Notes: a model not told the origin generated them from the letters alone. A stretch of DNA of 64,000 nucleotides from Candidatus Lustribacter sp. (GCA_965277805.1 OZ255842.1:4512001-4576000); one strand, 5' to 3'. Counted from the first letter of the stretch, positions 18,850 through 29,348 are shown. Translations and numbers: made by a program.

Positions 18850-21246
18850 ATGGAGAACGAACTCAGCCGCCTCGTCGATGCGCTACCAGGATTGATTTGG
18901 ACGGCGCTCCCTAACGGGGAAGCCGACTTCCTCAATCAGCAGTGGTTAGCGTATACCGGGCTTAGTGCCGGCCAAGCGTATGGCCTGGGCTGGATCGATG
19001 CAGTCCACCCCGAGGATATCCCCGACTTGCTCGTCCGTTGGCAATCCACTTTGGCTTCGGGCGAGCCGCGCGAACTGGAAGCCCGTCTTCGGCGGTTCGA
19101 TGGAGAGTATCGGCGCTTCGTATTCCACGCTCGCCCAATCGTCGACGCATCTGGAGCGATCGTCAAGTGGTGCGGAATTAACACGGATGTCGAGGATCGG
19201 CGAAGAGCGGAGGATGCGCAAAAGGAGCAGGATAATCGCTTTCAGCTCACGTTCGACGGCCTCCCCACGCATGTCGCTCTTTCAAACGCCGGCGGCGAGA
19301 TCGAACGCGCTAATCGCAACTACCTAGAATATTTCGGCGCCCCGCTAGATGAGCTGAAACTTCAGGGTCGCTACCACAACTGCCATCCGGACGATCGCCC
19401 CACTGTGCTGGCTGCACACGCTGCGGGAATCGCCGCCGGTCAGCCCTTTGAGCTTGAGACCCGCCGGCGGCGCTTCGATGGGATCTACCGCTGGTTCAAG
19501 ATCCGCTACTCCCCGGTGCGCGATTCGAATGGAAGAATTAGCTTCTGGTACCTACTGCAAAGCGACATCGACGATCAGAAGCGTGCCGAAAATCTGCTTG
19601 CCGGCGAAAAGCAATTGCTGGAAATGGTGGCGAGCGGGGCCTCGCTGTCGGCGGTACTTGATACTCTCTGTTTACTTGTCGAAGACGCAGCGGACGGCTG
19701 CTCTTGCAGCGTCGTGTTGGTCGATCCGACCGGCACGCGCCTCGAACACGGCGCGGCGCCGAGTCTTCCCCCTGCCTTTACCGCCTCGATCATTGGGCGC
19801 CCCGTGAATCTCGACTCAGGCCCGTGCGCGATGGCGGCGTTTCTAAACGAACAAGTTATCGCTGCGGACCTTGCGACTGAAACACGCTGGGAGCCCTACC
19901 GATGGTGCCCGATGGCCTTGTCCCACGGACTCCGAGCTGCGTGGTCCACGCCGTTCTCCTCCACCGATGGGAGAGTCTTAGGTGCCTTTGCACTTTACTG
20001 GAACGCGCCCGGATCACCGACATCACTTCACCAAAACCTGATCGAGCGATTTGCCCATCTCGCAAGCATCGGCGTCGAGCGCGTTCAGAAAGACACGGCG
20101 ATTAGGCGGAATGAAGCATTTCTGACCCAAGCTCAGCATCTAAGCCAAACTGCGAGTTTCTACTGGCGAGTCGCGACGGAAGAAATCACCTGGTCGGAGG
20201 AGGCGTACCGCCTTTTTGAGCTCGATCGTTCTGGCCCCATAACGAATGAACTTATCTATTCGCGTATTCATCCGGAAGACCGAGCATACTTATTTGGAAT
20301 GATGGACAAGGCGCGTCACGGCGAGGTCGTCGATTTTGCTTACGAACATCGGCTGTTGATGCCCGATAAAAGAATTAAGTACGTGAGTATGGCTTGCCAC
20401 GGCGCCCGCGACGCCAAGGGTGATCTCGAGTACATTGCAGCGGTGCAAGACATCACGGAGCGCCGCCAATCCGAGGAAGCTCTCGGCAAAGCCCGATCAG
20501 ATCTCACGCACGTAGCCCGGGTCTCGAGCCTCGGCGCGCTTACAGCGTCGATCGCACACGAAGTCAACCAGCCGCTATCGGGCATCCTTATGAATGCCGG
20601 AACGTGCCTGCGCTTGCTCGACTTAGATCCGCCGGATATTGGCGGTGCCCAAGGATTAGTACAGCGCATTACTCGGGACAGTAACCGCGCATCTCACGTG
20701 ATTGCACAGCTACGTTCTCTCTTTTCCAAGAAAGAGGCCGCTGCCGAACTGGTAGATCTAAACGAAGCCATCCGCGAGGTCATCGCTTTGTCGCGTAGCG
20801 AGCTCCAACGGCTTCGGGTTGTTTTACAGTTAGAGTTTACGGCGGATCTTCCACGGGTTATTGGCGACCGAATTCAACTTCAGCAAGTCATCCTTAACCT
20901 TCTTCTAAACGCGGCGGAAGCAATGCGGGAAATTGACGATCGCCCGCGACAGCTCACTATCCGAACAGTACAAGACGACGACGCTCACGTGCAGCTAACT
21001 GTCCAAGATGCCGGCACGGGGTTCGACCCGCAGGCCGTTGAGAAGCTGTTCGACGCTTTCTACACCACGAAGAACGGTGGAATGGGTATCGGCTTATCCG
21101 TTAGCCGCTCAATTATCGAAAATCACCACGGTCGTCTGTGGGCATTGGCAAACGAAGGTCCGGGCGCCACCTTCTCGTTCGCACTGCCGTCCCAACCACT
21201 GGAGGCGCCAACGTTGCAAACGCGTCATGCGGTAAGTAATGCGTGA
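18850..21246 (+). CDS. Cytoplasmic PAS-PAS-GAF-PAS sensor histidine kinase (NodV-like)
   Basis: Repeated HPED/HPDD PAS motifs, GAF (GPCAMAA), H-box SIAHEVNQPL, N-box QQVILNLLLNA, and DAGTG/GMGIGL. Confidence 0.93.
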   Translation: MENELSRLVDALPGLIWTALPNGEADFLNQQWLAYTGLSAGQAYGLGWIDAVHPEDIPDLLVRWQSTLASGEPRELEARLRRFDGEYRRFVFHARPIVDASGAIVKWCGINTDVEDRRRAEDAQKEQDNRFQLTFDGLPTHVALSNAGGEIERANRNYLEYFGAPLDELKLQGRYHNCHPDDRPTVLAAHAAGIAAGQPFELETRRRRFDGIYRWFKIRYSPVRDSNGRISFWYLLQSDIDDQKRAENLLAGEKQLLEMVASGASLSAVLDTLCLLVEDAADGCSCSVVLVDPTGTRLEHGAAPSLPPAFTASIIGRPVNLDSGPCAMAAFLNEQVIAADLATETRWEPYRWCPMALSHGLRAAWSTPFSSTDGRVLGAFALYWNAPGSPTSLHQNLIERFAHLASIGVERVQKDTAIRRNEAFLTQAQHLSQTASFYWRVATEEITWSEEAYRLFELDRSGPITNELIYSRIHPEDRAYLFGMMDKARHGEVVDFAYEHRLLMPDKRIKYVSMACHGARDAKGDLEYIAAVQDITERRQSEEALGKARSDLTHVARVSSLGALTASIAHEVNQPLSGILMNAGTCLRLLDLDPPDIGGAQGLVQRITRDSNRASHVIAQLRSLFSKKEAAAELVDLNEAIREVIALSRSELQRLRVVLQLEFTADLPRVIGDRIQLQQVILNLLLNAAEAMREIDDRPRQLTIRTVQDDDAHVQLTVQDAGTGFDPQAVEKLFDAFYTTKNGGMGIGLSVSRSIIENHHGRLWALANEGPGATFSFALPSQPLEAPTLQTRHAVSNA

Positions 21247-22370
21247 TGGCGCAATTATCGCTGCCGCTCGATAGATTCTGGCGCGTCGCCGTTCAGGGAA
21301 CGCTCGGATGTATCGCTGTTATATTGGTGACCCTGGTTTGCTTTGCGCTGCATCTGAAGCTCGCCGCGCCGCTATGCCTGGACCTGACTGTCGTCGTTCT
21401 GTTGTCGCTGCAAGGTAGCTTTCTTACATCGGCCCTCATATCAATTTTTGCGGTAGCAACTCTGGATTACTATTTCACCGATCCTCTTTATTCGGCATTG
21501 ATCCTCGATCCCGTGGATGGCTTTGCCATTGTTCTTTTCTTGCTAACGGCAGCCGTGATCACCATGCTGGTGTCTCGACTGCGCGTTCACGGTGAGCAGC
21601 TTGCCACGACGAACGCGAAGCTCCGGGAGCAAATTGCGGAAGTCAAATATGCGCAAGATCAAGTCGGTCTAGCGCGCGTCAATCGCGTTACGCTTATGGG
21701 CGAGCTGACAGCATCCATCGCGCACGAAGTCAATCAGCCGCTTACCGGGATACTCGCACATGCCGGGACTGCGCTGCGGTATCTCGAGCGAGATCTTCCC
21801 GATATCGGAGAGAGCAAGCACTACCTTGGCCTTATCGTTCGCGATTCTAAACGCGCAGGCGAGGTGATCGCTCAGATACGCGCGCTCGCTAGAAAAACTC
21901 CGCGGCAAAAGCGTCAGATAGATATCAATGAGGTGGCTCGCGAAGCAATCGCCTTGACGAGCCGTGAACTGGAATCGAGCAAAGTAGAACTGCGCACGGA
22001 TCTCCAGAGCAGCTTGCCACATATCCAGGCGGATAGAATCCAGGTGCAGCAAGTGATTCTGAATCTGATCGTCAATGCTATCGAGGCGTTGAACGAGTCT
22101 CAGAACGGGCGTCGCGAAATACTGCTACGATCGGGTCCCAGCGACTCGAACGGCGTATTCTTTGAAGTACGTGATTCGGGCATTGGCCTTAATGTTTCGA
22201 GCCCTGATGAGCTCTTCAAATCATTTTACACCACGAAACCGGAAGGCATGGGGATGGGCCTCTCCATCAGCAGGTCGATCGTCGAAGCGCACTGCGGACG
22301 GCTCTCGGCGTCACCAAACGAACCTCAAGGTGCCGTTTTCCGATTCACTTTGCCAACCGAGACGGTTTGA
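21243..22370 (+). CDS. Membrane histidine kinase with DUF4118-like TM region
   Basis: Four N-terminal TM helices; SIAHEVNQPL, DSGIG and GMGMGL motifs; overlaps both neighbours. Confidence 0.9.
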   Translation: MMAQLSLPLDRFWRVAVQGTLGCIAVILVTLVCFALHLKLAAPLCLDLTVVVLLSLQGSFLTSALISIFAVATLDYYFTDPLYSALILDPVDGFAIVLFLLTAAVITMLVSRLRVHGEQLATTNAKLREQIAEVKYAQDQVGLARVNRVTLMGELTASIAHEVNQPLTGILAHAGTALRYLERDLPDIGESKHYLGLIVRDSKRAGEVIAQIRALARKTPRQKRQIDINEVAREAIALTSRELESSKVELRTDLQSSLPHIQADRIQVQQVILNLIVNAIEALNESQNGRREILLRSGPSDSNGVFFEVRDSGIGLNVSSPDELFKSFYTTKPEGMGMGLSISRSIVEAHCGRLSASPNEPQGAVFRFTLPTETV

Positions 22371-22990
22371 TGCCCGAAGACGGTGCAACCGTTCTCGTCG
22401 TCGACGACGACCCATCGGTCCGCGAGGCCATCGAGGGCATTGTAAAGTCGGTCGGATTACAGGTGAGGAGCTTTGACTCAACGCAGGCATTTTTCCAGCT
22501 CGAACTCCCGCAGGGCCCGAGCTGCCTTGTGCTTGACGTGCGGTTACCCGGATTGAGCGGCCTCGATTTTCAAAATGCGCTGGCAAAGGCCGACATCCCG
22601 ATTCCGATCGTCTTTATTACCGGCTACGGCGACATTCCCATGTCTGTACGTGCCATGAAGGCCGGCGCAGTAGAGTTTCTCACTAAGCCTTTTACAGATC
22701 AGGATTTGCTGGATGCGATCCACCACGCATTGGAACGTGATCGCCGAACGAAGCTACAGCGCGCTGAACACTCACTGTTAGAAGAACGCTTTGAGACCCT
22801 AACCGATCGCGAGCGCCAGGTTATGGCATTGGTCGTTGCGGGCAAGCTTAATCGCGAAATAGCTGCCGACTTTGGGACTACGGAGATTACGGTCAAGGTG
22901 CAGCGGGGACAGGTGATGCGCAAAATGGGAGCCGATTCCGTTGTTGCGTTGGCCCGAATGGCCGACAAGCTTATCGATCAGCTGCGATAG
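22367..22990 (+). CDS. FixJ/NodW-family response regulator
   Basis: VVDDD, LVLDVRLPG and FLTKPF receiver; LuxR HTH (TVKVQRGQVMRKM). Confidence 0.95.
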   Translation: MMPEDGATVLVVDDDPSVREAIEGIVKSVGLQVRSFDSTQAFFQLELPQGPSCLVLDVRLPGLSGLDFQNALAKADIPIPIVFITGYGDIPMSVRAMKAGAVEFLTKPFTDQDLLDAIHHALERDRRTKLQRAEHSLLEERFETLTDRERQVMALVVAGKLNREIAADFGTTEITVKVQRGQVMRKMGADSVVALARMADKLIDQLR

Positions 22991-23012
22991 GGTTCGCAAA
23001 GTATACGTCTTC

Positions 23013-23028
23013 TTATACCTTCGTATAA
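23013..23028. promoter_or_regulatory. Palindrome TTATAC-N4-GTATAA overlapping a TATAAT box
   Basis: Perfect 6-4-6 palindrome upstream of the single-domain response regulator. Confidence 0.5.
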
Positions 23029-23085
23029 TGCGGAACGGATATATGCACAATTGCAGTCCATATCGTAAGCTGCTAGTCTCGTTCG

Positions 23086-23469
23086 GTGGAAACGTCTCAA
23101 CTGCCAGCTTCCTTTTTGGTCGCCATCGTCGATGACGATGAGTCGGTGCGCAGCGCCGTCGAAGGCGTGCTGAAATCCGTTGGATTCCGGGCTCAGACGT
23201 TCACCTCGGCGGAAGCGTTCTTAGCGGCGGGGTTAGAGAGCGAAGCTCGGTGTCTCATCACTGATCTTCAGATGCCCGGCATGAACGGTCTTGAGTTGCA
23301 AGCGAAATTATCGCAGAGCAACTGGGCGATACCGGTCATTTTCATCACAGCATTCGGTGAACCGCAGATGCGTGAGCGCGCAGTCAAAGCCGGCGCCGTT
23401 GGCTTTTTGGATAAGCCATTCGATGACAACAAGCTGATCGCCGCTGTCCGTACGGCGCTTAATATCTGA
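23086..23469 (+). CDS. Single-domain response regulator
   Basis: IVDDD, ITDLQMPGMNG and FLDKPF motifs; no output domain. Confidence 0.92.
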   Translation: METSQLPASFLVAIVDDDESVRSAVEGVLKSVGFRAQTFTSAEAFLAAGLESEARCLITDLQMPGMNGLELQAKLSQSNWAIPVIFITAFGEPQMRERAVKAGAVGFLDKPFDDNKLIAAVRTALNI

Positions 23470-23503
23470 CTATTCGAAGCGTAAGTCTCACGAGGCATCC
23501 ACA

Positions 23504-24151
23504 ATGACCGCTTTAGCAGAGTACTCACCTGAGAAGACTGTCAAGCCGACCGTATTTGTCGTTGACGATGACCTCTCGATGCGCGACGCCATTGAATCGC
23601 TAGTTCTTTATGCTGGTTGGCAACCGGAGACCTTCGACTCTGCAGATGCGTTTCTCGCATACCCGCGCGTTGATGTCCCAAAATGCCTCGTGCTTGACAT
23701 AACGCTTCCAGGCCTTAACGGGCTGGATCTTCAAAAGATTCTTGCCGTCGATCAGCTTTGTATGCCCATCATTTTCATAACCGCCCACGGAGACGTGCCC
23801 ACAAGCGTTCAAGCAATGAAGGCCGGCGCATTTGAGTTCTTAACAAAGCCGATCAGCAGCGACGTTCTGCTAACAGCCATGCGAAGTGCCATCGACCGAA
23901 GCCAAGAAGCTCTTGCAGACAAGGCCGCGCTGCTATACCTGCAGGAGCGTTATGCCTCGCTCACGGCTCGTGAACGGGAGGTTATGGCTTTGGTGGTGGG
24001 TGGCATGTTGAATAAACATGTAGCGAACAAACTCGGCATCAGCATCATTACGGTTAAGGTTCATCGAGGTAAAGTGATGCAAAAAATGAACGCTGGCTCG
24101 TTCGCTGAGCTCGTCAACATGGAGGCGAAGCTCCGTCAGGCAATGGCGTAA
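23504..24151 (+). CDS. FixJ/NodW-family response regulator
   Basis: Receiver domain plus LuxR HTH (TVKVHRGKVMQKM). Confidence 0.95.
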   Translation: MTALAEYSPEKTVKPTVFVVDDDLSMRDAIESLVLYAGWQPETFDSADAFLAYPRVDVPKCLVLDITLPGLNGLDLQKILAVDQLCMPIIFITAHGDVPTSVQAMKAGAFEFLTKPISSDVLLTAMRSAIDRSQEALADKAALLYLQERYASLTAREREVMALVVGGMLNKHVANKLGISIITVKVHRGKVMQKMNAGSFAELVNMEAKLRQAMA

Positions 24152-24231
24152 GTCGTTGGAAGAATGTGCGATTGCAAGAGGGGACGCTCGTTCTATCTTG
24201 CACGAGGCAGACGTTCTATGTTGTTCATATC

Positions 24232-25248
24232 ATGAACACGACGACGATCAAAGCTTCGCTCCTGGGAGTTACCCTTGTCTGCACGATGACGCTCGGAGCG
24301 ATCGCTGACGACGCGAAAAGCGCTGCGCCTTCGGAGCCGCTGCCAGTACGGATAGACAACAGCCTTAACGCTGTGTTCGGCGCGCATTCTGGTGCACGTG
24401 CGGTTCACGCCAAGGGCGTTGTACTGGTGGGTTCCTTTACGCCGAGCGCCGAGGCCAGATCGATTACGAAGGCTGCGTTCCTGCAACAGATCAAAGCAGT
24501 CCCGGTAACGGTTCGCTTTTCTAACGGTTCCGGTGTGCCTACCGTTGCTGATACTGATCCGTCTGCGCTGCCGCGCGGTTTTGCGGTCAAATACCACTTG
24601 CCGAACGGCAGCGATATGGACACACTCGCACAGTCCATCAACTTCTTCCCAGTGCCGACGGGTGAAGAGTTTGCAAACCTCTTTAGAGCGATTGCCGCGA
24701 GCGGGCCGCATGCTCCAAAACCCACCGCTCTTGATACCTACCTAGGAGCTCATCCAATCGCACGGGCCTTTCTTGCGTATCGCACCCTGCCGGCTGAAAG
24801 CTACGCGACGCTCGCATACTTCGGAATCAATTCGTTTAAGTTTACCAACGATCGTGGTGATATTCACTATGGCCGGTACCTCTTCAGGCCGCGCGCCGGC
24901 GCCCACTATCTGCCGGCAAACGCGACGGCCGATCTGTCGCCGAATTATTTGGTAGACGAGATTACACGCCGAGTTCGCAATGGCCCCGTTTCTTTTGACT
25001 TTTACGTGCAAATTGCAGCTGGTGACGACGATATCCGCAACCCATCTGTTGCGTGGCCAGTGACACGACGTATGGTAAAGATGGGGACGATTCTAATACG
25101 CAGCACGGTTGCAGACTCGGCGGCTGTGCAAAAGACCTTACTTTATTTGCCGACGTCTGTTCCTGAGGGCATCGAACCGGCGGACCCAATGATCGCGATT
25201 CGCACTGCCGAGTACGGCGTATCTTTTAGCCATCGATTGACTCGCTAG
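24232..25248 (+). CDS. Catalase-related peroxidase (SrpA-like), secreted
   Basis: Signal peptide from ATG 24232; RAVHAKG distal His, VRFS, and proximal RxxxYxxS motif. Confidence 0.88.
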   Translation: MNTTTIKASLLGVTLVCTMTLGAIADDAKSAAPSEPLPVRIDNSLNAVFGAHSGARAVHAKGVVLVGSFTPSAEARSITKAAFLQQIKAVPVTVRFSNGSGVPTVADTDPSALPRGFAVKYHLPNGSDMDTLAQSINFFPVPTGEEFANLFRAIAASGPHAPKPTALDTYLGAHPIARAFLAYRTLPAESYATLAYFGINSFKFTNDRGDIHYGRYLFRPRAGAHYLPANATADLSPNYLVDEITRRVRNGPVSFDFYVQIAAGDDDIRNPSVAWPVTRRMVKMGTILIRSTVADSAAVQKTLLYLPTSVPEGIEPADPMIAIRTAEYGVSFSHRLTR

Positions 25249-25260
25249 GCCGCTTACTCA

Positions 25261-26310
25261 ATGAATACTTTACGCATTGGATTCAAAAGCGCGGCAGTCG
25301 CGCTTTTAGCAGTCGGCGCGTTGTTCGCCGGCTGGAACGTCACGCAAGGCGCGGTGCCCGACCGTTTTACGACTGAGAGCAACGCCTGGATAAACTCCCC
25401 TATGCTGACCAGCGAGTCGCTGCTCGGAAAAGTCGTGCTGGTCAATTTTTGGACCTATTCATGCATCAATAGCCTGCGCGCTTTACCGTACACCGAGAGC
25501 TGGGCGGTAAAATATAAGAATGCGGGCCTCGTCGTGGTCGGCGTGCACACGCCGGAATTCTCGTTTGAGAAGGAGCGCCCGAACGTCGAGCGTGCCGTAC
25601 GTGATTTGAGCGTCACCTACCCGATCGTCATGGACAGCAACTATCGGATCTGGCAAGCCTTCAGCAATGAGTACTGGCCGGCGTTTTATCTGATCGATCG
25701 CAAGGGTGTCATTCGTGCCCATTACTTCGGGGAAGGCGAATACGCCGACGCCGAACGCGAGATTCAGAAGCTGCTACACGAAGGCGGAGTAGTGCCCGTG
25801 CCTTTCGGTGCCGTGAACCCATCAGCGGGCGGAGTGAAGGCCGCACCTGATTTCGCTGGCGGCCAGTCTCCCGAATCCTACCTCGGCTATAATCGCGCCG
25901 AACGTTTTGCTTCGACCGAACGGTTGACGCCGGCTGCGCAAACGACCTACAGCTTGCCGCCCGAACTGGCTTTGAATCAGTGGGGACTGAGTGGTTCGTG
26001 GAGCGTCGGCAGCGAGAGTGCCGTGCCGGTCTCCGTCTCCGGCACGATCGAATTTCGATTTCACAGCCGCGATCTGCACATGGTGTTAGGCCCAACCAAG
26101 GACGGCAAACCCGTCCGCTTCCGGATAACGCTTGACGGCGCTGCGCCCGGTGCCGATTGCGGGATCGACTGCGCATCTGACGGCAGCGGCGAGGTCCGCC
26201 TGCCGCGGCTCTATCAGCTCGTCAGGCAAAAGGGTCAGATCAAAGACCGGACGTTCGAGATTAGATTCCTTGACGCCGGCGTTCGCGCTTACGTCTTCAC
26301 GTTCGGTTGA
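25261..26310 (+). CDS. DipZ C-terminal-like thioredoxin family protein (CxxS active site)
   Basis: NFWTYSCINS, GVHTPEFSFE, NEYWPAFY, SPESYLGY, PRLYQLVRQ and terminal FTFG; N-terminal signal/anchor. Confidence 0.88.
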   Translation: MNTLRIGFKSAAVALLAVGALFAGWNVTQGAVPDRFTTESNAWINSPMLTSESLLGKVVLVNFWTYSCINSLRALPYTESWAVKYKNAGLVVVGVHTPEFSFEKERPNVERAVRDLSVTYPIVMDSNYRIWQAFSNEYWPAFYLIDRKGVIRAHYFGEGEYADAEREIQKLLHEGGVVPVPFGAVNPSAGGVKAAPDFAGGQSPESYLGYNRAERFASTERLTPAAQTTYSLPPELALNQWGLSGSWSVGSESAVPVSVSGTIEFRFHSRDLHMVLGPTKDGKPVRFRITLDGAAPGADCGIDCASDGSGEVRLPRLYQLVRQKGQIKDRTFEIRFLDAGVRAYVFTFG

Positions 26311-26842
26311 GCCGTGACGGTGTAGTCGCCATCGCACAACAAACCGGTTCACAAAGCACCTATGTTCCCAGCGTATTCGTGAAGAATTTATGCCGCCCCC
26401 TTAGGCTCCGCCGGTTTCCCCGGTGTCGTCTTGTGCACCGTCGCAGTCTGAGCTCTCCCGGATTCTTCGCGGCGGCCTCGGAGAATGGGGTAACGATGCG
26501 CAGTGCCTTGCGTGCAACGATAATCGAGCGTGGTCAACCCCTCGCATTCAATCGAAACGTTCGTGTTGCGTTCATGCGGCGCGCCGGATATCCGGGGCCC
26601 ACGCGACGCCGGTATTTATCTGGGATCTCGGTCGAGAGTGCTACCCATACGCAAAACCTGACTCATGCTTTTCCTAGGCACTCGCCTTCGTATAAGTCGG
26701 TTGATCACTCCCGATTGTTTGGTGCGGAGGTTTGTTTCGTACCTAATGCTCAGGAAGAGCAACGATAAAACAGCCCAACGAACGCGAGCGCCGTTACGAC
26801 GAGGCGGGTGCGACACTGACAAAAGCCTAAGGCCATCCCGCC

Positions 26843-29329
26843 GTGAAGAACCGGAAACCGCCTGCTGCTGCCGCAACGAATGCTCTTTCGAGCCTATCCG
26901 ACGAAGCGGGACTACGGCGCAACCCACTCCTGCTTGCCGCAAGAACCGTCCCGGCGTACGGAGCACTGCGCAGCGCGATTCTACGAGCGCTGCACTCACT
27001 CACGTGGAATGAACTGAGCAGCAGACCGGAGCACCGCCGCCATTACGAGATCCTTGCGCGGTGCGACCTGCAGGGTGAGGCGCACAAAGGAGTCTTTGCG
27101 GCGCTAGGCATTTCTCGCCGTCAGTTCTATCGCGAGCGCCAAGCGGCTGCCCTTCGACTTGCTGCCGCAATCGAGTCCGAGCTGCAACGGCTGCAGTCGA
27201 CCCTTCCACGCTACCTGTCACCAATAGTCGGCCGCCTGGATGATATCGCGAATATTGGATCCGCAATACAACGGGAGCCGCTGTTGACGATAACTGGCCC
27301 GGGAGGCGTCGGAAAGACGCGACTAGCCGTTCACGTAGCACAGGAACTGCTCGAAGCGTACGACGGTGAGATCTACTTTGTTGACCTAGCGCGCGTTGCG
27401 GATCCCGTAGGCGTGCCGAGTGCGATTGCGGACGTGCTCGGCATTGCCGACGAACAAGCGTCGCACCCATTGACAGCGCGAATCGCTACAGCCCTGAACG
27501 GTAAAACGGCGCTGATCGTGCTGGATAACTGCGAACATGTGGTCGCGGCTGCGGCCGCCGTAGCTGAGGAGCTCATTCAATCTTCGCACCAGGCGCGCAT
27601 TCTTGCGACGAGCCGGGAGCCGCTTGGCGTAGCCGACGAAGCGGTTTATCGTTTGCAGCCCTTCGCCGAGGCTGAGGCCGTCGAACTTTTTGTCGCGCGG
27701 GCGCGAAGCGCGCGGCGCGATTTCGAACTTACCGACGAGAATGCGGCTTCCGTAACGGGGATCGCGAGGCGGCTGGACGGCATTCCACTTGCGATTGAAA
27801 TCGCCGCCGCACGTTTGAAAGCACTAAACCTCGAGCAGTTAGAGATGTGCCTTGAGGATCGTCTCTTATCGCTCGCAAGCCCGAAGCGCTCGGAGGGCCG
27901 TCATCGGACACTTTCCGCGATGATCGAGTGGAGCTACGATCTGCTCTCCGTCGCGGAACAAACGGCCCTGCGGCAAGTAGCGGTTTTTCGCGGCGGCTGC
28001 ACCCTCGAAGCCGCCGAGGCCATTTGCTGCGCCGAACAGGTTGCTGGTTGGAATATTCAAACTGCGCTCGAGGCCTTAGTCGACAAATCGTTGATCGTAT
28101 TCAGTGGCGCGGCCGAGCACTCGCGTTACAGCATATTGGAGCCGACCAGACAATTTGCACTCGCCCGGTTAACGCGCGACGAGGCCGCCCAGGTTGGTGC
28201 GCGCCATGCATCGTTCTTCGCCGGGGTGGCAAAGCTCAGGCACGATGACTATTGGCGCGCCGATACCGCATCGTGGCTGGCATCGGTTCGCCGCGACCTC
28301 GACAATTTTCGCGCGGCGATCGATTGGGGATTGAGCGACACCGGCGATCCCGCAGTGGCGGGCCTGATCGTTGGAAGTCTGCGGCGATTCTGGTGTTCGT
28401 GCGCAAGTCGCGAAGGGCGCTGGTTCCTCGAGCGCGTAAAGCCGGCAATTGGTCGTGCCGGGCCGGACCTGGCGTTAGGACTGTTGGCCCTCACGGAGGC
28501 GCATCTCAGGGCGTATTCGACGCTAAACGGACTGGCTGCGGTTGAAGCGGCAAAGCGTTTAGCGGGCGTCGATGAGGCCGCACGAGTCGAAGCACTTTTG
28601 CTCGGAGCACAATCGCTTTCGCTCGAGGGCCGGCTTCAAGAAACGATCGAGACGCTCAAGACGGTATTGGTGGCGGCCCGCGCTACGCAAGTGCCGCACT
28701 TAATTGCGCGGGTTCTTTGCTTTGCGGCGAACCGAGTTGGCGTCGCCGGCGATCCAGAGCGCGCAAGCATGCTCTTTGAGGAAGCGGCGATGCTTTTGGA
28801 AGATTGGCATGATTCGCTGGAGTTTGCAAAACTGCAATACCTGTGGGCAGAGCTCGACTTCTGCCAAGGCGATGCCGATGCAGCCATCGTGCATTCGCGC
28901 GCGGCCGAGCTGGCCTTGCGCGCCGCCGACGCGGAGGGGTTTCTCCCCGCGGTGATTGTGAATCGCGCCGCGTACTTGCTCGCCCTTGGGCAGTTCGATG
29001 AGGCGATGTTCGCTTGCCGGCAGGCCGTGAAGTCGGCATTGACGAGCGGCGCTGCGGGGACGATTGTAATGGCCGTAGGGCACGTCGCGCATGTAGCGGC
29101 TGAACGCGGGAACTTGGCTCGAGCGGCAAGCCTGCTCGGTTACGTCAACATGGAGTACGACACAACGATCCAAACGAGCAAACGCGAGAATACCGAGCAG
29201 ATCGGTTACGATCGCACGATCGCGTTGATTCGCGCGGCACTCCCGGAAGAGCGAATTAGCGCGCTGATGGCCGAGGGGGCGGCCATGGGCCAAGCAGCCG
29301 CCTTAGCGCAGGTAGCCGCACTGGCGTAG
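26843..29329 (+). CDS. HTH + STAND ATPase + TPR-like transcriptional regulator
   Basis: N-terminal RCDL.GE.HK.V.AALGISRRQFYRER HTH; Walker A GPGGVGKT, LVLDNCEH-like Walker B, ATSREPL, LDGIPLAIE and WSYDLL; helical repeat C-terminus. Confidence 0.88.
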   Translation: MKNRKPPAAAATNALSSLSDEAGLRRNPLLLAARTVPAYGALRSAILRALHSLTWNELSSRPEHRRHYEILARCDLQGEAHKGVFAALGISRRQFYRERQAAALRLAAAIESELQRLQSTLPRYLSPIVGRLDDIANIGSAIQREPLLTITGPGGVGKTRLAVHVAQELLEAYDGEIYFVDLARVADPVGVPSAIADVLGIADEQASHPLTARIATALNGKTALIVLDNCEHVVAAAAAVAEELIQSSHQARILATSREPLGVADEAVYRLQPFAEAEAVELFVARARSARRDFELTDENAASVTGIARRLDGIPLAIEIAAARLKALNLEQLEMCLEDRLLSLASPKRSEGRHRTLSAMIEWSYDLLSVAEQTALRQVAVFRGGCTLEAAEAICCAEQVAGWNIQTALEALVDKSLIVFSGAAEHSRYSILEPTRQFALARLTRDEAAQVGARHASFFAGVAKLRHDDYWRADTASWLASVRRDLDNFRAAIDWGLSDTGDPAVAGLIVGSLRRFWCSCASREGRWFLERVKPAIGRAGPDLALGLLALTEAHLRAYSTLNGLAAVEAAKRLAGVDEAARVEALLLGAQSLSLEGRLQETIETLKTVLVAARATQVPHLIARVLCFAANRVGVAGDPERASMLFEEAAMLLEDWHDSLEFAKLQYLWAELDFCQGDADAAIVHSRAAELALRAADAEGFLPAVIVNRAAYLLALGQFDEAMFACRQAVKSALTSGAAGTIVMAVGHVAHVAAERGNLARAASLLGYVNMEYDTTIQTSKRENTEQIGYDRTIALIRAALPEERISALMAEGAAMGQAAALAQVAALA

Positions 29330-29330
29330 T

Positions 29331-29348
29331 TGGCACTTTCCCGGCACT
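29331..29348 (+). promoter_or_regulatory. GGCAC direct repeat pair, 11-bp period
   Basis: TGGCACT-ttcc-CGGCACT immediately after the regulator stop codon; same architecture at 30286-30303. Confidence 0.55.
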
